Below, one piece after another: positions 12,603 through 22,687 of a stretch of 64,000 nucleotides of DNA. This DNA comes from Azolla caroliniana (lineage: Eukaryota; Plantae; Polypodiophyta), in assembly GCA_043228905.1 (NCBI GenBank), contig JBHGNT010000007.1:6324001-6388000 (forward strand). The letters are read 5' to 3'. The position numbers were made by a program, and so were the translations under genes. The notes beneath the pieces are model-generated. The model ran no database searches, had not been told where the DNA came from, and saw only the letters and a program-made list of their open reading frames with translations. Every line of letters begins with the position of its first letter. The first letter of the stretch is position 1.

Positions 12603-12700
12603 CCTGGCATGCCCATGGGACAGGACCTTGTCCGTCAGACCCACGACTTACAAAATACTAACAATATTACAAAAATTGCCTTTTAGGCGTGATCCTCGTT

Positions 12701-15700
12701 TCATTCCTCCTTTAAGATGTCGAGGGTGCTTTCGGGGTCCGGGGTGGTGGCAGGGTGGTCTGGTTGGACTGTTGGTGCGGGGGGTTGAGTTTGGTCCGGG
12801 GGTGGCATATCTTCTCGGGCGTCCGCCTCGGGTGCGGCCGATTCTTCTGGTGGGGGTGTGGGTTCGTGGGCGCTGACCTCTACTTCGACAGGATCTGGTA
12901 CCGTGTGGGCGTCCATGGGATGTCTGTTGGCCGGGGCAAGTTCCTCCTGTTCCGTGTCCGTGATCTCCTTGCTGGAAGGTTCTTCCTTCTGCTCTGTGGC
13001 CGTTGGAGGGCTGGTGGGGATGGCTACTAGTCGTTCTCGTTCGAAGGTTTCTGCTTCCAGGCAAAACAGCATCTGACCGTCATTGAAGTCCTCCATTATT
13101 TGCTCGATTGCCGCAGTGTGAGATTTTGCCAAGGACTGGTAATCCTCGGTTAAATCTGCACGCAGGTTTTGTATGCTGGCTTCGTCCATTTTGTAGAAGT
13201 CGCGGCCCTCCTTCCGTCAGTTCTCGGCGTCGGCGCGTAAAATATGCAATTCGGCAGCTTGGGCTGCCCATTCGTCTCCTGCGCGACTTAATGTTTCCTC
13301 GACCTTTTTGGTAAGGTGTTGACGTTGTTTCTCGATCAGTATTCTGATGCATGTCTCATCCATGCCGGGCTGTGCTCGAATGGCTGCTAATTCCTGTTTT
13401 AAGCCGTCGACCTCGGCCTGAATCTTCCGTGTTCTTAGCTCATAGATGGCCTGACTGTTCTTTGCATCCGCGGTTACGAGCTGGAGAGCCTGCTCGTAAC
13501 GCTTGGTGAGTTCTTCGGTGGCCTGCTCCCGTTCTTTCTGACACGTGGCCCGGATTTGTTCCCGTTCGACGATTCTCTCTTCTTGTAGGGCGAAGTAGGA
13601 ATCCGATAATGCGTCTTTTTGCTCCGAAAGTAGCTTGCATTTGATGAAAAACTCGTCAGCCATCTCTTTAAGGGTCGTACGCTGACTCTGCAGCTCGGCA
13701 TTCTCCGCGTTCATCCTCTCCTCCCGTTGGCGATTTCTTTCCTCCTGCCGCTGGTTCCAGTCTTTTGCATTGTCGAGCGCAGCCTGTAGGTCTAGAACCT
13801 CCTTCTCTTTCTTCACCACTGTGGCTGCGTATTCCTCCAGCTTGCTTTTGAGTTTGGCTTCCTTGCCCGCGGCTTGCGCTTGTACCCGGCCCAGTGCTTC
13901 GTTCTGCTCATGTATCCTTTGGTCGGCCTGGGCTCTTATCTCGGCCATCTGCTTGGAAGCTTCTTCTTTTAGGTGAGCCATCGCCTCTTGATGCCGTTGT
14001 TCGTGTCTCTCGGTTCGCCGTTGTTCTTCTTTAAGCTCCGCACGGTAATCCCGGAGCGGGGGTTCTGTCTGGGTTGCCACCTCCTTGGGTGCATGAGGTG
14101 GTGGTATCTTGGTCTTCTCCATGGGCGTGGGTGCCTCGGTTGTTGTGCAGGCATCGACCATTTGTAACAAGTCTGTTTGTGTACTGGCCTACACCTTCAG
14201 GATTGAGTCGGTGATGGTGCTTGCATCCATCATTGTTATGCGTGGAGGCGCTGGGAGGGCCTCGGTGGTCGTTACCGGAAGGCTCAAGAGTTGTTGTTCC
14301 GGCCAGTTTTGCTCCCAGGCTGCCAGCTTCTGGTTCGCAGCGTGCCATAGTTCTGTGGCCATCTTAGCCTGTTTTTGGGCTATTTTTATCTTTCGGGCCA
14401 TGTCTTTGGCTGCCCGCGTAGTGCGATCCAGGTCCCGATATGCCTCGATAATGGCTGTGTTCAACTCGGGGACCTCCATGAGGAGAGCGGCCTGTTTTGC
14501 CTACTTCTTCCTCCCGATTTTTTGTAAAGCCCTGTCCTCCTGGGGCTCAATTTCACCTATTAGCGCGCGTTGAATCATTTTTGTTTCGGCGTGCTCCTCC
14601 GCCATTCGAGCGGCTGCCGCGACTTGGGCTCTGGCGAGGAAGTCGACCAGCTCGAATGACATACCGAGGCGTAGGAGCGCACTAAATTCGTAAGCCTCCG
14701 CGGGGAGGTCCTTATACCCGAGAACTTCATCCTCCGAGATCTGCGTTGTCTGCCCATGCTCGATCGTTCCCTGGTTCAGCGATGCCTCCTCAAGGGTGAT
14801 GGCCAGGTTGCTCTGTCTGACCACTAAGGCTTGCTCCTGTTGTGGCTCTTTCTGTTCTTCCGAGGACTCGCGGTTGAGTCGTCTTCTCTTGCTTGGCTGT
14901 GTTTGGGGTTCCGGGGCTGGTAGTGTCGTTTCCTCCGCCTGCTTCCTTTTCTAGGGTCGTGGTGGTGCAGCCTGCTGTGTGTTGGGGCGTGGGCTAGGTC
15001 CTGGGGACGTTACCGAGGGGCGCGACGTTGGCTGTCGAATGGTGACGTCATCGGCCGTGTTGTCTTCCGCGGCTACCTCCTCCTCCCATTCTTGGCAGGT
15101 CTCGGAAACTACCCTTTTTTGTTGGGGTTGGGCAGGTGGTGGTGCAGATGCGGTTTTTTGGTCGGCGGCAGGGGGTGAAGGCGATGTGGGCTCCTCCCAT
15201 GCTTCGTGGCTGATGGCCACGAATTTCTCTGTCTGCCTTCGTGGTGGTGGTGGGGACGTGAGTGTGCGAGGGGAAGGAAGCGAAGAAGGGAGTATAGAAC
15301 CATCAAAAAGTGGGTAAGAACAGACAACATCTTCTTACCAGACTGAAATGAAGCTAAGGCGGCGCGGAGTCCCTCGCCTGTGATGATTCCCCAATCGATT
15401 CTGTTTCCTTCATACGCGTTGATGATGATGGTTGCCTTGTTGGGTTCGTATGCACGAACGCATACTCCATTAATATACGAGCAATCTCCCCGAAAGCTTT
15501 GTTGGGACCGCCATATGTGCGATATGCCTTCCCTGAGGCTGAGTACTCACCGAAGTACGCCTTCATCTTTGATGCCGGGGGTATGTCGACCTCATGGTCC
15601 CCTCCCCGTTGCAGATCAAAAACAGCCCGAAGCACGTTTTTGGTGATGGCTTCGGGACTTATACGTTTAGCCACAGTTTGGGCATCTGGGTGCGCGGGGG

Positions 15701-15779
15701 CATCGATGATCTTCAGGTAACCACCCATTCCTCGTTCCTGGAGCCAGGCGCGGGTTTCTGTTGAGGCGGTAAGAGGCAT
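12701..15779 (-). pseudogene. Element C extra (env-position) ORF, ~1000 codons, with a long coiled-coil region, broken by single stops
   Basis: ORFs starting at 15220, 14824, 14479, 14170 and 13189 share one frame and are separated by single TAG/TGA codons. The N-terminal piece from ATG 15779 is frameshifted. Confidence 0.8.
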
Positions 15780-16292
15780 GGTGAAGATGGAGACGGGGTT
15801 CGACTATGTGGAAGCGTGAAGCAAAGTGATGAGGCGAGGGCGAGCCACATAAGGAACAACAGGAAGGGGAAGTCCAGCAGAGGGGTTATGAGAACGAAAG
15901 AGAGCTTGAGAGCAAGAGCGCTTAGCGTGATGAGGGCGAGATGGGGTTTCTGAGCTTGAGAGCGATGGAGATGGGGAGCGATAATGGTCTGTGCTGCGTT
16001 TTGGAAATGGTTTTAGTAACTTACTCCTAGGGTTTTGTGCCTAAAGCGAATCCTGAAGATTCTGAGTCATGGGTGCCATAATAAGTGACTAGCACCACGT
16101 GTCCTGAAGGTGAGTGGGGTGCTTCTAGTGCTTTGCATGTGCTTAAATAGGTACTAACTGAGTGGTGGCGAGGGGTGCTCCTAAAATTGTGGATGCCTAG
16201 GTGGGTGGTGTAGGTGTAGCTAATCAGTGGCTAAACTATGGTTAATCCTACCTACTACTACTTTTATTAATTTCAAGAAGGTGGGTGAGTCC

Positions 16293-19200
16293 TTATTCAG
16301 GGGGACACGTGGCGTCCTCCGTGGTGATCTCCCAAGTCTTGTTTGTGCCGTGTGGCTCGGTAAACGGGTTGGGTGGTGTAGTCCCTTGATATGGTCGAAG
16401 TCGAAAACCATTGGCCCAGCTTTTGACCGTGTCGCCGGCGAGTGTGCCGAGCTGGAACGTCCCGTTGAAATCGTTGATAATCCAGAATGGACCGGTCCAC
16501 CGAAATCTTAATTTTCCCGGCATTGACCCGAGTCGTGTTTGGAAAAGAAGAACTGGTTTGCCGATGGTGAGCTCCTTCTCCAGCCCATATCGATGTCGAT
16601 CCACGAAAGCCTTGTGTTGCCGTTGGTGTTGTTCGAGCTGGGCCATACTCTCTATCCTATCTTCCCCGAGTTCGAGGAGTTGTTCCAGCCGGTATTGCTC
16701 GGATTCGGCCTTGGGGAGCCGTGCTTTGACTTGAACTCGGAGGCTCGGGACTTGGAACTCGACGGGCATTACGGCGTCTAACCCGAACACCATTCGAAAG
16801 GGGGTCGATTGGATGCTTGTTTTGAAAGTCGTACGATACGCCCACATTGCGCTCTGGAGTTTGTCATCCCAATCGGTCCTGTTTTCATTGACGCTCTTCT
16901 TCAGTATGGTTTGGAGGATTTTATTGGTCGATTCTGCCAAGCCGTTCGCCTACGGGTAGTATGGTGTGCTTTTCTTGTGCACCACCGCGTAGTGGTGTGT
17001 AAGCTCACGTATTATATGATTGATGAAGTGCCCACCTTGGTCACTAACGAGCTCGATTGGACATCCGTAACGGCACCAGAGGTGCTCGTACACAAATTTA
17101 GCTGTGGATGCCGCCGTGTTATCTCAGAGTGCCTTAGCCTCGACCCATTTGGTGCAGTAATCCGTGGCAACGATAATATACCTATTCCCTGTTCGAGCCG
17201 CAGGTGGTTTGAAAGGGCCTACAAAATTCAAACCCCATTTTTGAAATGGGTCCAACGAAAGAATCAGCTGGTGTGGCATCCATGACTGTTCCATTGGTTG
17301 CCCCAGACGTTGGCACAAATCGCACTGCAGGCAAAACTCGTGAGCGTCTTTCTTCGTTGTCGGCCACCATAATCCACTTTGCCAAACTTTCCTTGCCGTG
17401 GAATCCCTAGCGTAGTGTCCCCCAGCTACTCCCTGGTGGGCTTCCTGAAGAACGGCGTTCTTCTTGAATTGCCGAATCGCTCAGCGCCATATGCCGTCTG
17501 AGCCTTTGTGGTAGAGAATGTCCGAGATGAGGCAAAAATTCCGGCTACGCACTGCTAGGCGTTTTCTCGTGTCAAGGGTCATGTGCTCGGGAGGTACACC
17601 GGTAGTGAGAAAATGGGTCATCTCCGTGATCCATTCATCCCCGTTATCGTCTGGTACCGTGGTCAGGTTAAATAAGCTAGCGTCCGGTAGCTCGTCGTAC
17701 GTTGTTTTCGCCGGTTCTCCTGACTCAAGACGGCTCAAGTAGTCGGCGACGGCATGTTGTACCCCGGGTCGATGCTGAATCTGAAAATCAAACTCTTGTA
17801 GTAGGAGCATCCACCGAGCCAACCGTCCGGTGAGGGCTTGTTTATTGACCAAATAAAGAAGGGTCGAGTGATCCACGTGAAAGGTAAATTTCGGCCCAAG
17901 AGGTAATGCCGAAATTTATTGATGCTATAAATCATACCGAGGGCCTCCCGCTCGGTGGTGGAGTAATTCTTTTCCGCGGTCGAGAGCCGTCGGCTGGTGT
18001 AGTACACGGGCCTATACCAATTCGGGGGTGTGCATTGCATCAGGGCACTTCCGATGGCGATGTCCAAAGCATCTATGAAGACATGAAACGGTTCGGACCA
18101 AACCGGAGACTGGACCACCGGGGCATGTGACAGCATTCATTTCAGGGTTTGATAGGCCGTGTCCTCAACTGACGTCCATTGGAAAGGAAGGCGATGGACT
18201 GCCGTGTGTAAGGGTGTCGCGAAATCGGCCAGGTGTCGTATCATTCGGCTGTGCCACCGGATCTGTCCCAAAAAACGGCTTAGTGCCTTAGCATTCAAGG
18301 GTGCGGTGGCATTCAGGATTGCCTTTACTTTATCCGGGTCCATAGCGATGCCTTCTTGACTGACAATGTGGCCGAGAAGGTTGCCGCTGGTGACTAAGAA
18401 CGCGCATTTCGCCGGGTTTAAACTCAATCAAGCTTGACGACATCGGTCCAGGCATAGTTGTAACTGGGTCATGTGTTCCCGTCGATGGCCATACACGGCG
18501 AAATCGTCGAGAAAGACTTGCATGAACGCCGGGATGTAGTCATGAAAGATTTCGGTGATGATGCGCTAGAACGTAGCCGGCGCCGTTTTTAGACCGAACA
18601 TCATAACTTCTGCTACAAAAACACCCCATTCCGTGACGAAAGCGGTTTTCTCCTGATCCTCCGGGTGCATTCTTATCTGGTTATAGCCGCTGAACCCGTC
18701 GAGGAAACTGTAGCATTCGTGGCCAGCTACCGTGTCGAGGACGCTATTCGTGAATGGGAGAGGGAAACCGTCGGTGACTGTTGCCGCGTTAAGCTTCCGA
18801 TAGTCGACACAGACGCGGATTTTTCCGTTCTTCTTTGGGACCACTACGATCGAGCTCAACCATGTAGCACGTTTAACAGGGCGAATGAAGCCCACTCGGA
18901 GTAGTTTGTCAATTTCCTCTTTGACTTTAGCGGCGTAGTTGGGGTGCATCCTGTAGCGCCTCTGCTGAACCGGCCGAGTGTCGGGTAAGATGTGAATTTG
19001 ATGTTGGTAGTATTGAGGATCCAGCCCCTTCATATCGGTGTAAGACCAAGCGAAAACATTCTGGTAGTTGGTGAGTAATTTTACGAGGCATGCCCGTTCG
19101 CCGGTTGGTAGATTATGGGCAATTTGTACCGTACGGGGATTCTCGTCCGAACCGAGGTTTATTGTTTCCAGGGTTGATGCTTTCACTCGTTGTGAAATGG

Positions 19201-21029
19201 CGAGTTCACGTTCAAAAGCCTCCCGAGCATGACGTACCTCGGCAACTGTGGTTGCATTTGGTTCATCCTGGGGTGGTGACTCCTCCGTGACTTCCTCGTC
19301 TTTAGATGGCTCGATGGTTGGTAAGGCATTGATTTCGAAGAGAGGGATGATTGTGGGATGATCATCTAGGAAGTCATCGACCTCCTCATCGGCCAACCTG
19401 TCGAGCATATGGACCCCTTCCGCGTATAACGGCGAAGTGTTGAGGGCGACGGGGACTCGTTCTTCAGTGATGATTCGGACTCGTTCTTCAGTCGAGATGG
19501 CGAACGGAGCGGGTGTCGGCCATCCGAAGCCAAAAGGGGCATGGTTCCCATTGATTCAAGCCTAGGTTGAGACACGTTGACTCGCTAATAACGTTTATGC
19601 CGGATCCGTCGTCGATGATGCATCCGTGCAGGTCTTGTCCCTTAATGATGATTCGCACGGCTGGGTTCTGAGAATCCATGAGTGGTGGACCGGTTCCTGC
19701 TTCGGTGAGGTGTACCGGTGGTGTCACGGCCTTAGTATTGGCCTGGAGTGCCGCCAGGGTGTCCCGAAATCTCGGCATGAGTAGTAGCAGTTTATGTAGG
19801 GGCAGCGAGATGCGGGAGTTGGTAAGAACATCCCATAGCTGGTCGTCCTCCGACGTCATGGATGGTGCCGGGGTTTGTGGTACTTCAGTGGGCTCGTCCC
19901 TCATGTCAGTTTGCATACGTGCGGCATTATTTTTATTGGCCATGTCGACCCATTCTTTTGCTGCCTGTCGTACGTCATCTTGGATTTGCCACTGAGTAGT
20001 CTGCGCTTTACTCCGGGTAGTGACAGTTTGAACATCGGCCATGATATTGTTCACTGCGAGTGCCTTGCCACGGTTGGTTGTCGGACATTGCGTGGCGTAG
20101 TGGCCTGGTTGATTACATTTAAAACATGTCACGTTGGCCAAGCTGCTGGTGTCCGCTTGGTCTGTGTGTGGAAGTTGTTGTTGTTGATTCTCGGTCTCGT
20201 TTGGTGGTGGGTTGTTCCGAGGTGCGTTGGAGTTGCGATGGTCATGTTGAGGAGCGTCCCGTCGGCGGTTGTGATTAGGTCTTCTATTGTTGCGTGTGTT
20301 GCGGTTGCCGTTTCGCCGATCAATGCATGAGTTCCTTCAGTCATACCAATCATCGCGATCGTCATCGTATCGAGCATAATCGTCGTGCCGGTCATCGCGA
20401 TAATAATCACGGCGGTTATCACGTTGGTAGTCGTCGTCTCGGCGCCATCGATCCGGGGATCGCGGTTGGTCGTTATCCTGGTCTCGGTAGATATATCGCT
20501 CGTCCTGCCGAGAGTATGTATTTCGTGGCTCGATCTGGTGGACCGATGCCGCCGTTGTGCAGTTCAGCATATTATATTCGCACTGCTCGACCGTGTGAGC
20601 TCGAGACTGACAGATCGGACACTGTGGTCGGTGGGGACATTCGAGGGCCAAGTGCCCTGATCTTGAACACGCAGTGCATTGGAGGGCTTGGCGAAAGCGA
20701 TTGTCCTCTTGGGGAAGAGCGTTTTGCAAGGATGTCATCGAGAAGGTTGTGTCGTGTTGGTTCCGATCGAGGGCGAGAACGCGCACTATGACTTGTTCGA
20801 TAGTATGGTTGGCGAAATTTGTAAGTGTGAGAGTCGTTCGTAGAGGCTCTCGTAAACTGGATAGGAAAGTGTCCGGTATATGTTGTGCCGAGACATCATC
20901 GGCCACTTGTCTGTAGAGATCCTGGAACCGAATCGTGAACTGCGCGACCGTTTCGTGCAGTTCCTGGCATATAAAGAAGAATTGCCGGAGCAGTTCCCAT
21001 TTAGGCACCTCGCGATGAAAAAGTTCAAG
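16293..21029 (-). pseudogene. Element C gag(3')-PR-RT-RNase H-integrase remnant
   Basis: CCHC knuckles (CTACSRSGH, CPICQSRAH, CFKCNQPGH), protease IIDDGSGINVI, RT, RNase H, and integrase with GPF motif (RWTGPFWI). Confidence 0.9.
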
Positions 21030-21460
21030 TGTCATGGCAAGACTCGAACCCATGACTTTATGCTACATGGGTCGAGCTCTTACCATTAGATTAGGAATTG
21101 TATTTTGTAGGATATTATTTTCATTTATACTTTATCATAGAAAATTGATGTATATTCCAGATCTCTCTGGAACATTCTAGAAGCTTCAAGATTATTCCTA
21201 AAAACACTATAAAAGGAGGCACAAGGCATTGTTTTGAACCAAATTGGTTCAACGCCAGTCTTAAGCCTCTTAGCCGCTTGTACTTATCTTTTCACATAAT
21301 ATATAGCTGTTGTCATCATCTCTCTCATTCTCGCTATCTCTCTCTCTCTCCTCTTCTCACTTCCTCTCTCGGGAATCTTACGCAGTCCCGTCCTCTTAGT
21401 ACTAATAGTACTGCTGTTCTTAGTACTAATTCCATCTCTGTTTTAGTACTATTCCTGACA
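21030..21460 (+). repeat. Element D 5' LTR
   Basis: TGTCATGG...CCTGACA; TATA box TATAAAA near 21208. Confidence 0.97.
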
Positions 21461-21529
21461 GTTTGAACCAATTTTTCCCTCTAGCCTACTTGTCACTCTC
21501 CCTCATCCTCCTACCCTTTTCCCTATACC

Positions 21530-22687
21530 ATGGCTACTGTTAGCGCCCAAGAATACCAATCCGTTTTCTCTGAGCTACAGTGCCTAAAAGAAAAGTTTGT
21601 TGCCCTGGAACAAGAAAACCAACGGCTGATAGGGGATCTGCAACAAATCGCTCTAGAAAAACAACAAACGCAACAACAACATGGGGAGTTAGCGTTACGG
21701 GTACAACAACTCGAAGCAGCGTTGCAACAACAAGGATCCAGTCCCCAAGGATTTCATAAAGAGCCCAAGATTGGACTTCCTGTGAAATTTGATGGAACGC
21801 GTTCGCAATTCCGGGGATTCCTTAATCAGGTACGCTTAGTCATCCAGATGCATCCTTCCCGATATCCCACTGATGCATCTCGAGTCGGCCTAATAGGCAC
21901 GCTACTTAGCGGCTCAGCCTTGGCATGGTTTGCTCCGCTTCTAGAAAAACAATCACCCTTACTTAATAACTTTGAAGATTTTATTGGTGAGTTTAAAGCC
22001 TGCTTTGGAGACACTGACAGCATCAGGACGGCGATCAACAAGATTCGGCGATTGCGTCAAGGCGATCGTCCAGCCTCTGCCTACGCGGCGGATTTCCGCC
22101 TACTTGCTTCAGATATACCCTGGGATGATCAAGCACTAATGGAGCAGTTTCGCTATGGCTTGCGAAACGATGTCAAAGATCTACTTCTAACTTTCCCCGA
22201 AGAACCAAAGTCTCTTACGGAGGCAATCAGTCGAGCAGTTCGATGTGACAACCGCCTTTTTGAACGGCGTTCAGAACGTCAATTACAGATACCACGCTCG
22301 AGGCCAGAGCCCACTTACGCCGCAGTCGCGGCTAAACCGTTTGCACGAGACACACCTCAAGCAAATACTTCGACACCGATGGAGATCGATACCATGCGTC
22401 GACGCGGCCCGTTATCGGAAGAAGAAAAGCAACGTCGACGTGCCAATCGATTATGTCTTTATTGCGGTGGACCAGGACATATCGCCATCAATTGTCCCCA
22501 TAGGCCAAGAAGACAGGTAAATCAAATCGTCGCCTGTACTAAACCCGAGTCAATTCTTCCCTTTGGAGTGTCTGATAGTATTAATAGTACTAATAGAGTG
22601 TCAGATAGTATTCATAGTACTAATAGCCCAAGTATCTCAAATAAATTTGAAATCCTTAGTCAATTAGATGAAGAGTTAAACGATTGA
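21530..22687 (+). CDS. gag: Gag (PEG10/Ty3-like capsid with CCHC zinc knuckle)
   Basis: 385 aa; EPKIGLPVKFDG, LRQGDRPASAYAADF, PMEID, CLYCGGPGHIAINCP. Confidence 0.95.
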   Translation: MATVSAQEYQSVFSELQCLKEKFVALEQENQRLIGDLQQIALEKQQTQQQHGELALRVQQLEAALQQQGSSPQGFHKEPKIGLPVKFDGTRSQFRGFLNQVRLVIQMHPSRYPTDASRVGLIGTLLSGSALAWFAPLLEKQSPLLNNFEDFIGEFKACFGDTDSIRTAINKIRRLRQGDRPASAYAADFRLLASDIPWDDQALMEQFRYGLRNDVKDLLLTFPEEPKSLTEAISRAVRCDNRLFERRSERQLQIPRSRPEPTYAAVAAKPFARDTPQANTSTPMEIDTMRRRGPLSEEEKQRRRANRLCLYCGGPGHIAINCPHRPRRQVNQIVACTKPESILPFGVSDSINSTNRVSDSIHSTNSPSISNKFEILSQLDEELND

